Below are positions 57,101-64,000 of a DNA stretch of 64,000 nt, piece after piece (within the stretch, counting starts at the first letter, position 1; every line of letters starts with the position of its first letter). The notes beneath the pieces are model-generated. The model was not told the DNA's origin. It did not search any database and saw only the letters and a list, made by a program, of their open reading frames with translations. The position numbers and the translations under genes are program-made. Source of the stretch: Deltaproteobacteria bacterium (GTDB lineage: Bacteria; Bdellovibrionota; JACOXK01). The stretch lies in contig JACPKQ010000010.1 in assembly GCA_016186995.1 (NCBI GenBank), positions 2,970 to 66,969 on the forward strand. Direction: 5' to 3'.

Positions 57101-57950
57101 ATATGAAAGATATTTGGATTGGAAAAGCAATATTATACCACTTACAAAAAAAGGAGAAATTAAAGTTTCAGGGGAAAATAAAGAACCCACGTTTAATTTT
57201 GATTTAAAAATAAAAAGTATTAGTGATCTTGAAGTTGAAAATAACCTTTTCCAACTTCAAGGAAGTGGTGTTTTTGAAATTAAGGGAAATAATTTAAACC
57301 CCGTTATCTTGGGGCATTTTGATACACAGAAAGGAAAAATCTTTTTTAAAGATCATACGTTTCAACTTGGGGAAAGCCAGCTTATTTTAAAAGACAAGAC
57401 AAAAATAAACCCGTTTTTCTCATTTACTCTTTCGGGTGTGATAAGGGATTATCGCATCACTATTATTGGTCAGGGAGATTTAGTGAAATATAATATTCAA
57501 CTTCAGTCAGATCCACCCTTGGCCCAAACAGATATTGTTTCTCTTCTTACACTTGGGGTTTTAACCGCCGAAATTCAGGGTGAAGAAGCATTAGGTACAA
57601 CCTCTTTTGAAGCTGCGACGCTTATTTTAAGTCAGTTTCAGGAAAAAATAGCAGTGGTTGCTAGAAAGACACTGGGGGTTCAGTTTAGACTTGCTTCTTC
57701 TTATTCAGATACAAAACATGCTGTTCGTCCGAGGTTGTTTCTTTCGAAAGATCTTTCCGATCGTTTAGAATTGTCATTTTCATCAACGTTAGATAGAGAG
57801 GGTATTTTTGAAGACAAACTTTTTAACTTAGAATGGCGTTTAAATAGAAGGCTTTCTCTTTTAGGGGTGTGGGAAGATGAAGGAAGTCAGGAAACAAATC
57901 AAGAATCTATTTTTGGATTAGATGTTAAATATAAATATGAATTTGAATAA
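54144..57950 (+). CDS. tamB: TamB-like translocation and assembly module protein (AsmA-like/DUF490)
   Basis: 1268 aa. N-terminal signal anchor. Long beta-rich body. C-terminal DUF490-like segment DPPLAQTDIVSLLTLGVLTAE. Directly upstream of bamA, overlapping it. Confidence 0.7.
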   Translation: MKRIVSLFLVILILSFSSFVYLTKQPFFQQYLKRLVYEYAEKEFKRKIEFKTLSIGFLGPTIYSDEVSVSKKNESLFLKSIKARVSILALLKGQFKISSIYGYQGKFQSVLENNKGQGKPPDIFGSFLIPKFEFEKIDFEIKSQNSDEIFISNASIEGNQKSEVVFLKLNFPKINFKYKNLERTHLSLNVRGDVSPKRIYLKNFLLKENNNKLNLSGYYHFNKKQKLDIQFDSNFDVKSLHDILPQVKILSGHGRSVGSLKGILDAPVLQFSSQFESIFVGPQELKEAQFSFLLKDKVIQITNLESYKTVRGGVEIKLSDPLNVRGSLHLSQTPLENIYYLKELGILGKATGPVKFVIDGNQKYPAFLESDLLVEGFQSPVGQVVDIQNFQLSAKYSIGGEGLLVESGKINRGKTVWKIKKSQVGFGARPLHFEITSENYRWADFPLSPIKESFDAQGHVRVLFEGKTKDLKIESSFDLNNIKFLGLSCEGLQSKISFNKSILTILEAKAFQEDSFLSLNGQYDFIEKEFKNTKIHSNKVSVKDFIQAGVAIPFSLEGLFEVDLNVQGSLTRKNIFLEGEIKGRNTRILKESFEKVSISFSQKNGKTFLKKSQFSKGGGVLNISGVIFENNECLLDFKTENFVSQSFDFLSQYPFFISARVDFLGSLRGNIFNPKGKAKLHFSKSNLNGEALKNSTYEMSLENKSLNVKGEVFEGEASLTSQIKLDAPYFYKIHLQGKNFNFKPFYGLIRGFVSEGVGIIDGSILAEGSLESPLVNTLEVKINKFKINLPGYFLESKTPFQVSYKNNELEVGKVYFFGTETEFVFSGKKDKNGTLDFDGKGALNIAFLPLFVKEVERGSGLLNVSFSLKGSAENPLLLGYVRTENSSIRSRTLKQGISNLNLDIKLHNQEIIFEKAIFDLPRGKAKLGGNVLLSKIREPEFNISLELEKGRISFFEDLFSTMSGTLFLEGKSPFLIRGDLEVSKIEYERYLDWKSNIIPLTKKGEIKVSGENKEPTFNFDLKIKSISDLEVENNLFQLQGSGVFEIKGNNLNPVILGHFDTQKGKIFFKDHTFQLGESQLILKDKTKINPFFSFTLSGVIRDYRITIIGQGDLVKYNIQLQSDPPLAQTDIVSLLTLGVLTAEIQGEEALGTTSFEAATLILSQFQEKIAVVARKTLGVQFRLASSYSDTKHAVRPRLFLSKDLSDRLELSFSSTLDREGIFEDKLFNLEWRLNRRLSLLGVWEDEGSQETNQESIFGLDVKYKYEFE

Positions 57951-60468
57951 AAAAAACAATGTCATTCCAGCGAAGGCTGGAATCCAGTTTTTAAAAATTT
58001 TTATCTTTTTTATTTCTTTGCAGGTTTTTTCTGAGCCACAAGAACTTGTCAAAATAAATAAAATTAACTTTGAAGGGCTTCATGAATTTTCTGAAGTTAT
58101 TACCCTCAAAAAAATAAACTTGAGTGAGTATTCTTATGTTGAAAGAGAAGAGATTGAAAAATATGGTAATAAAATTAAAGAGCTTTATAAAAGAGAGGGT
58201 TTCTTAAAAGCAGTAGTAATCCCTCTTCTTAAAGAAGAGGGGAAAAATGAATTTAATCTTATTTTTAATATTCAAGAAAAGAACCGCAGTATTGTTCAAA
58301 GTATTTTTGTTGAAACAAATAATAAAAAAGAATTAGAAAGCCTTCTTTCTCTTGTTCAAGTAAAAAAAGGCGATTTTTTTATCTACTTTGAGTTAGAAAA
58401 AAATCTAGACATTTTTAAAAATGCACTTTACGAGAAGGGTTATGAAGAAATTGAGGATTTAAGTTTTGGGTATATTCAATCTGATAAAGATCCTTATGTT
58501 GATGTTAAATTTATTGTTAAAACAGGCCCTAAGTATATTTATCATTTTGAAGATAATGAGACTTTTAAAAACAAAGAAATTTTAAATTTAAAAAAAGAGC
58601 AAAATTGGACGCCTGAAGATTTTGCTGACAAAATTGTCGAGTTTTACAAAAAGTCAGGGTTTCATTTTAGCAAAGTCTATTTTTCTCTTAAAGAAGATAT
58701 ATCTCAAAAAGAAAAAAATCTGTTCTATAAAATTGAAGAAGGTCCTCTTGTTACAATTGAAGAGGTTTTTTTTCACGGGGCCATTTTTAGAAACTCGCTC
58801 TTTTACAAAGAGTATTTATTTGAAAAATCTAAGGATTCTCTATCTGTAAAAGCCTTTTATAGAAAATCATTTGAATCTGGATTGCCTGTTGTTATCGAAT
58901 ATTTAGGAAACCAAGGATTTTTAAAGGCTCGTATCGATCGTACCCAGTATGATTTTTCTGGAGACAATAAAAAAGTTAAAATTCATGTTTATCTCTATGA
59001 AGGCCATCAAGTTAAAATCTCTAAAATACAGATTCAAGGTATTAAAAAACGTCCCTTAAGTGAAATTATTGATGTTTTGGGTGTAAAAGAAGGAGATGCA
59101 TTTAATTTATCTTTTTTGGAAAGGTCTTTAACAAGGCTTAAAAGTTATTATCGTGAATTGGGGTTTTACTACTTTTCTTTGACAAGTGAAGAAAAAATAA
59201 TTTTTGCAACCCCAACAAATATCATTCTTGATTTACATTTTAGAGAAGGTCCTCTTGTTACAGTTCGCGAGATCGAAGTAAAAAACAACCACAGAACTAA
59301 ATCAAAAGTTATTAGAAGAGAACTCACCTTTAAAAAAGAAGATATTTTGAGATCTTCTTCTCTTTTTGAATCAGAAAATAAACTTTTACGCTTGGGGCTT
59401 TTTCAATTTGTAAATATTTTTGTTGAAAATGAAGGGACTCAAGACGCATCTAAAAATATTGTTGTTGAGGTTCAAGAAAGAAAATCTGGACTTTTTGAAT
59501 TTGGCGGTGGAATTAAAACAGAGGAAGGTTTTCAGGCTTTTTCAGGCATTTTTTATAAAAACTTAGGTGGGTGGAACAGAACCCTTTCTTTCCACGGAGA
59601 TTTTAATAGAAAAATTGAGAACCCACAGTTTATTGAAAGAGAAATCAATTTTGGAGCTCAAGAACCTTATCTTTTTGGAGTTCCCTTTATTATGAGATTG
59701 AATGCCCTTAATAAGAAAAAAGATAAAAGAGCTTACGATGTGCATACTTGGGAGGGTATTGTTAGTTTTGAATCTAAAGTGTGGGATACTTTTCGAATGC
59801 TTTTTGAATACCATTTTTCTTTTAGAGATATTTTTAATACACTTAATCCTGCTGATGAAGAAAAAAAATTACTTGGAGTTATAAAACCCGCATTTTACTT
59901 GGACTATAGAAATAACGCTCTTAACCCCTCTAGGGGCACTTTCCATTCTTTTGGGATAGAGTATGCAAGCCCTCTTCTTGGATCAGATGACAAAAATCAT
60001 TTTTATAAATTACTTGCTTCAACAAACTGGTATCTTCCCTTTGATCAAGAAGAAAATGTTGTTGTTGCTTTAGCTTTAAGGGGTGGTTTTGCCCAAAGTC
60101 TTTTAACGGGTTCGGGTATTCCTGCTGACCAAAGATTTTATTTAGGAGGGAGATCCACTATTAGAGGTTTTGAAGAAGATGAGCTGGGTGTTATTAGTAC
60201 GACAAAAGAAATTACACAAACCTATTTTTTAAATTATAAAACTGAATTAAGATTTCCTCTATTTTGGAAAATAGGGGGAGCGATCTTTGTTGATGGGGGT
60301 AATGTTGCTTTTGGAGGACTTCGAGCGTTTTCTTCAAGAGAGGCTGCTGGTCTTGGAATTCGATATTTATCGCCTGTTGGACCTCTTTCTTTTGATGCTG
60401 GGTATAAATTAGATCGACAGCCCGGTGAATCAGCCTATCAAATCCATTTTTCAATTGGTGTTTTTTAA
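57937..60468 (+). CDS. bamA: outer membrane protein assembly factor BamA (Omp85)
   Basis: POTRA repeats. C-terminal beta-barrel ending HFSIGVF with a terminal aromatic residue. The start ATG at 57937 overlaps the last 14 nt of tamB, or alternatively 57922. The N-region of the signal peptide is encoded by the REP-like element. Confidence 0.9.
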   Translation: MNLNKKNNVIPAKAGIQFLKIFIFFISLQVFSEPQELVKINKINFEGLHEFSEVITLKKINLSEYSYVEREEIEKYGNKIKELYKREGFLKAVVIPLLKEEGKNEFNLIFNIQEKNRSIVQSIFVETNNKKELESLLSLVQVKKGDFFIYFELEKNLDIFKNALYEKGYEEIEDLSFGYIQSDKDPYVDVKFIVKTGPKYIYHFEDNETFKNKEILNLKKEQNWTPEDFADKIVEFYKKSGFHFSKVYFSLKEDISQKEKNLFYKIEEGPLVTIEEVFFHGAIFRNSLFYKEYLFEKSKDSLSVKAFYRKSFESGLPVVIEYLGNQGFLKARIDRTQYDFSGDNKKVKIHVYLYEGHQVKISKIQIQGIKKRPLSEIIDVLGVKEGDAFNLSFLERSLTRLKSYYRELGFYYFSLTSEEKIIFATPTNIILDLHFREGPLVTVREIEVKNNHRTKSKVIRRELTFKKEDILRSSSLFESENKLLRLGLFQFVNIFVENEGTQDASKNIVVEVQERKSGLFEFGGGIKTEEGFQAFSGIFYKNLGGWNRTLSFHGDFNRKIENPQFIEREINFGAQEPYLFGVPFIMRLNALNKKKDKRAYDVHTWEGIVSFESKVWDTFRMLFEYHFSFRDIFNTLNPADEEKKLLGVIKPAFYLDYRNNALNPSRGTFHSFGIEYASPLLGSDDKNHFYKLLASTNWYLPFDQEENVVVALALRGGFAQSLLTGSGIPADQRFYLGGRSTIRGFEEDELGVISTTKEITQTYFLNYKTELRFPLFWKIGGAIFVDGGNVAFGGLRAFSSREAAGLGIRYLSPVGPLSFDAGYKLDRQPGESAYQIHFSIGVF
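57961..57987 (+). repeat. REP-like palindromic element copy 2, located inside the bamA 5' coding region
   Basis: GTCATTCCAGCGAAGGCTGGAATCCAG, identical to copy 1. It translates in the bamA frame as VIPAKAGIQ. Confidence 0.85.
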
Positions 60469-60471
60469 TAG

Positions 60472-61788
60472 CTAGCACCTCTCAACAGAAATAAATCTTG
60501 CTATAAAAAAGCCATCGGGACCTGCTAATAAAGGTGTTGAAAGAAAGCACCCATTCATATCGATAAAAGCGTGGCAGGGTTTTGGTAGAAAATCTTTTAA
60601 GTTTTGAAGCTTGAGTGTTGGATATTTTTTTAAGGTATCTTCAACAAAATCTAAAGTTTCTTCTTTTGAAAAAGTACAAACAGCATAAACAAACACCCCT
60701 CCTTTTTTCAGAAAGGGCAAAAGATTGTCTCTTATCTTTTTCTGTAACTCGGCCAACTTTTCAATATCTTCTGGTTTTTGACGCCATTTGATTTCAGGGT
60801 GGTGACGTATAATACCCCACCCTGAGCAAGGAGCGTCTAAAAGAATTTTCTCAACTTTGGGTAATAGATCCCCGCCTTTGCTGGGAGGATAATTATAAAG
60901 ATCTTTTTTTTGGAATTGAACATTTTTTATGTGAAGACGTTCCATGTTCTCTTTCATTTTTAGACTTTCCTTTTTGTCTATTGAAAGAATAGTTCCTTTA
61001 TTTCCCATCATTTGTGAAATATGAGCTGTTTTAACGCCAGGAGAAGCACAAGCATCTATAATCGTTTCATGAGATTTTGGATCTAAAGCTAAAGCAACAA
61101 GCTGAGAGGCTTCGTTTTGAATAACTAAGTTACCACTTTTAAATTCTGAAAGTTTTAAAAAAGAAATATTTTCTTGGGTTGTAAAGCTATTTTGGGCCCA
61201 AACACCTTCTTTAAGAGAGGGGAGTTTTTTTAAAAGATTGTTTTTTATATTTTGAAATGAATTCTCAAACGAGTGGATTCTAAAAGTTAAAACAGGGTGC
61301 TCATTGTTTATTTTAGAAAGTTCTAATGTTTTTTCAAAATCAAATAATTTATTCCACTTCTCAGTAAGCCAGAGGGGATGCGAGCATTGTATGCTTATTT
61401 CTTCGAGAAAAGAGGGTTTTTTTTGAAATGATTTTTTTTCAAGTTTAGATAGTTTTCTTAAAACAGCATTAATAAACCCGCGCTCTTCTTTGGTTTTAGC
61501 TAGAGAAACAGTTTCTGAAAGTGCTGCATATTGGGGAACCTTATCAATAAAATAAAGTTGGTAAATCCCCATTCTTAAAATATTTAAAATATTTTTTTTA
61601 GGTTTTTTTCTAGTGAATTGACCAATGATAAAGTCTATAAAAGATTTATTTCTAATAACACCCCAAAAAACTTCTTTAGCAAAGCGGCGATCTTTATCTA
61701 AAGTGATTCTATCGAAGTTAGAGATAATTGAAAAATCTTTCTCAAATTGATTGAGGGCTGAGTTTATAATACTTCGTCCAGTTTTCAT
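60472..61788 (-). CDS. rsmB: 16S rRNA m5C967 methyltransferase RsmB/Sun
   Basis: NusB-like N-terminal domain. SAM-binding motifs DACASPGVKTAH and LLDAPCSGWGIIRHHPEIKW. The start is placed at MKTGRS at 61788. The ORF is open to 61842. Confidence 0.8.
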   Translation of the reverse strand: MKTGRSIINSALNQFEKDFSIISNFDRITLDKDRRFAKEVFWGVIRNKSFIDFIIGQFTRKKPKKNILNILRMGIYQLYFIDKVPQYAALSETVSLAKTKEERGFINAVLRKLSKLEKKSFQKKPSFLEEISIQCSHPLWLTEKWNKLFDFEKTLELSKINNEHPVLTFRIHSFENSFQNIKNNLLKKLPSLKEGVWAQNSFTTQENISFLKLSEFKSGNLVIQNEASQLVALALDPKSHETIIDACASPGVKTAHISQMMGNKGTILSIDKKESLKMKENMERLHIKNVQFQKKDLYNYPPSKGGDLLPKVEKILLDAPCSGWGIIRHHPEIKWRQKPEDIEKLAELQKKIRDNLLPFLKKGGVFVYAVCTFSKEETLDFVEDTLKKYPTLKLQNLKDFLPKPCHAFIDMNGCFLSTPLLAGPDGFFIARFISVERC

Positions 61789-61807
61789 GGGAATGACTTT
61801 GTTGTTA

Positions 61808-62236
61808 TCAGAGAATTTCTTCAGATTCTTGAGGAGTGTCAAAATCTTCTACTTCTTCATATTGAGCCTCTTCGTAAGAGGCATCTTCATTTTGGGGCGC
61901 TTCTACTTCTTCTTCTGTGTATTCTTCTTCCTCCTCTTCAATTTCTTGGGAAGCGGAAAAACTTCCACGTTTTTTGCATTGTTTTTTAAGCTTTCTTATT
62001 TCCCATTGCATTTTCATCATTTCAGAAAAGCAGACAAAAATGGAAAGAATGGATCCAGCTAAGAAAGAGCCCATAACTACAATCCAAAGAGGCACTTGAA
62101 GATGGACAGCATATTTTTTTGAAAACCCAAGCAAAGCAATAGTTACTTCTTGGATATTTTCTGTGCCAAACATAATCCCTAAAGAGAGAAGACACAGGAA
62201 AAGCATGAAATAAAGAAGTAATCTTATTGCCCGCAT
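61808..62236 (-). CDS. LapA-like (DUF1049) inner-membrane protein with poly-acidic C-terminal tail
   Basis: Two TM helices (LLLYFMLFLCLLSLGIMFG and LWIVVMGSFLAGSILSIFVCF) followed by a basic stretch. The C-terminal 50 residues are extremely acidic: EIEEEEEEYTEEEVEAPQNED...EEVEDFDTPQESEEIL. Confidence 0.45.
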   Translation of the reverse strand: MRAIRLLLYFMLFLCLLSLGIMFGTENIQEVTIALLGFSKKYAVHLQVPLWIVVMGSFLAGSILSIFVCFSEMMKMQWEIRKLKKQCKKRGSFSASQEIEEEEEEYTEEEVEAPQNEDASYEEAQYEEVEDFDTPQESEEIL

Positions 62237-62718
62237 ATTATTTTTTTAAGCGCCTCAAATTTAGGTAAAAGGGAACTGTGCACTTCTGTAAGGTCTGCCG
62301 ATAAAACCTTGGTTTCTCCAATAACAGGCATGAAATTACCATCACCCATCCATCGAGGAACAACATGGAAATGAAGGTGGTCTTCAATACCAGCACCTGC
62401 AGCACGACCTAAATTAAGTCCTATATTAAATCCCATAGAGTTCATGGCTTCTTTAAGAATACTTGTACTTTTCTGTAACAGCAAGCCTATCCTATTCATC
62501 TCATTGGGGGCCAATTCTTCTAGAGAGGCTTTGTGGGTATTGGGGCAAATAAGTATATGCCCGTTGGTATAAGGGTACTTATTGAGAACAACAAAGCATA
62601 AATCATCTTGGTAAAGAAGGGTGTGATTCTCTTTTAAAACATTACAGAGAATACATCCATTTTTCTTTTTATCGCTTTTAATATATTTAAGTCTCCAAGG
62701 AGCCCATATTCTATCCAT
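62224..62718 (-). CDS. HIT-family nucleotide hydrolase/transferase
   Basis: Histidine triad GIEDHLHFHVVPRW. Zn-binding-like CILC near the N-terminus. 164 aa. Confidence 0.85.
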   Translation of the reverse strand: MDRIWAPWRLKYIKSDKKKNGCILCNVLKENHTLLYQDDLCFVVLNKYPYTNGHILICPNTHKASLEELAPNEMNRIGLLLQKSTSILKEAMNSMGFNIGLNLGRAAGAGIEDHLHFHVVPRWMGDGNFMPVIGETKVLSADLTEVHSSLLPKFEALKKIICGQ

Positions 62719-62719
62719 A

Positions 62720-63622
62720 TTAATACATCCATGCGGGAAGAGTTTTTGTATAAAGGAAAAGTCTTGAAGTTATGTTTTCTACAAGGTTCTCCGACTCTAA
62801 AATATAGCTTAAAAGAGAATGCTTTTTCTTTTTTGGGTAAATAACATGGGGTTTTCCTGTAATACCGGCTAACTTTTGTGCTTCATAAACAGCATCTTCT
62901 AAAGTGCCCAAAGAATCAACAAGCCCCACTTGGTGGGCTTGTTCTCCTGTCATCACCCTTCCATCTGCAACTTCAGAAAGCTTTTGTTCATCTATTTTTT
63001 CTTTTCTGGATTCTAGAACAGTGTTTTTGAATTGCTGATAAATATTTTCAATCATATCTTGTAGAAGTTTCTTTTCTTCGGAAGACATTTCTCTGTTAGG
63101 AGAACCAACGTTTTTAAACTTTCCACTTGTGAGAGTATAAGGTTTTATTTTCGCCCACTTGTAAAATTCTTCAAGATTAGCAAAATCCATTTTAACTCCA
63201 ATACTTGCTGTAAGAGTACCAGGGCTTGCTACAATGGTATCTGCGGCACAGGCAATATAATATCCCCCACTTGCTGCAATAGTTTCCATGGAGGCTACCA
63301 CAAATTTTAAATTGTCTTCTTTAAGGCGCTTAAGTTCACGGTAAATTTCCTGAGAGGGAGCTACAAGCCCTCCAGGAGAATTAATGCGAATAATAACGGC
63401 TTTAATATTTTTATTTTCTTTAATATTCCTAATTTTTTCTAAAATTTCTTCGCTTTCAGTAATAATCCCTTCTACTTTAAGAATAGCAATGCTGTTGGGC
63501 CGAGCCCCTGCATAATCTGTTTCTTCGGATAAGAAGGATGTGAACAAAAATTTTATAAGAAGAAAAAAAGAAACGAGAAGAACACAAACAACAATCCACT
63601 TTCTTTTTTTTGGGTTTGCCAC
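62720..63622 (-). CDS. sppA: signal peptide peptidase SppA, short 36K type, S49 family
   Basis: N-terminal TM. AVIIRINSPGG. Catalytic Ser region METIAASGGYYIACAAD. 300 aa. Confidence 0.85.
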   Translation of the reverse strand: MANPKKRKWIVVCVLLVSFFLLIKFLFTSFLSEETDYAGARPNSIAILKVEGIITESEEILEKIRNIKENKNIKAVIIRINSPGGLVAPSQEIYRELKRLKEDNLKFVVASMETIAASGGYYIACAADTIVASPGTLTASIGVKMDFANLEEFYKWAKIKPYTLTSGKFKNVGSPNREMSSEEKKLLQDMIENIYQQFKNTVLESRKEKIDEQKLSEVADGRVMTGEQAHQVGLVDSLGTLEDAVYEAQKLAGITGKPHVIYPKKKKHSLLSYILESENLVENITSRLFLYTKTLPAWMY

Positions 63623-63677
63623 AATGGTTTTATTATAGATTTTTTTGGAATTAAAGACAATAGGAGAAGCCTAAAAC

Positions 63678-64000
63678 CTATTTTTCTTTTTTTCCTTTTT
63701 TCTTTTCTTTTTTAAAGATGTCGCCCAAAGTTGCTTTGGAGCCAGGTTGTTCTGACAGATATTTATCAAAGTCTTCCTCGTGAAGAGCCTTTATACTTAC
63801 AGCTATTTTTCTTTCAGTAAGATCAAGGTTAATAACTTTGCCTTCAAGGGTGTCCCCTTCTTTGAGAAGATCTTTAGGGTTTTCATCCTTATCTTTGCCC
63901 GAAACAAGCTCCCCACTTCGAACTAAAGCCTCAACACCGTCTGGAAACTCAATAAAAACGCCAAAATCAGTTATTTTAACAACCGTACCTTTGACTTTTG
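63678..64000 (-). CDS. rpsA: 30S ribosomal protein S1, C-terminal fragment; the gene continues beyond the window end
   Basis: Reverse-strand translation gives KVKGTVVKITDFGVFIEFPDGVEALVRSGELVSGKDKDENPKDLLKEGDTLEGKVINLDLTERKIAVSIKAL...KKEKKKGKKEK*. This is a terminal S1 domain plus a basic tail. Confidence 0.8.
   Translation of the reverse strand, partial: KVKGTVVKITDFGVFIEFPDGVEALVRSGELVSGKDKDENPKDLLKEGDTLEGKVINLDLTERKIAVSIKALHEEDFDKYLSEQPGSKATLGDIFKKEKKKGKKEK

Overview
This 64-kb window is the chromosomal replication-origin neighbourhood of a compact, AT-rich Gram-negative bacterial genome. It encodes BamA, TamB, SurA-like chaperones and a LapA-like protein. Genes are tightly packed, frequently with overlapping stop and start codons, and almost all are housekeeping. 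The gene order and content are consistent with a Bdellovibrio-like or deltaproteobacterium-like lineage, but that assignment is not certain.

Gene order, left to right:
- DUF4258 fragment, a secreted Cys-protein and a LysR regulator
- radA, queE and an epimerase
- An F1Fo ATP synthase main operon on the minus strand: atpC-D-G-A-H-F-F'
- A bactofilin, then parB and parA, then two perfect parS sites
- A DsbA-like lipoprotein, rsmG, a 350-bp non-coding spacer, mnmG, mnmE, jag, yidC, yidD, rnpA and rpmH
- dnaA, the oriC with DnaA boxes, direct repeats and an AT-rich unwinding element, then dnaN, gyrB and gyrA with no recF
- A TPR lipoprotein followed by a second ATP synthase operon, atpZ-atpI-atpB-atpE
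- uvrA, a phosphohexomutase, pdxA, a SurA-like protein, a TSUP membrane protein and two tandem parvulins
- mfd, an epimerase, pcrA/uvrD, glmS, glmU and ssb
- A TPR protein, aroQ, accB, accC, tamB and bamA
- rsmB, a LapA-like protein, a HIT protein, sppA and the 3' end of rpsA

There are no transposases, CRISPR arrays, tRNA genes or rRNA genes in the window.

The most unusual sequence-level signals are:
- A 27-bp REP-like palindromic element present in three copies. One copy carries a compensatory base-pair change that preserves the stem. One copy sits in-frame inside the bamA signal-peptide coding region, and two inverted copies bracket the TSUP gene.
- A ParABS-bactofilin module transcriptionally contiguous with the ATP synthase operon.
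- An unexplained 350-bp structured spacer that splits the normally adjacent mnmG and rsmG genes.
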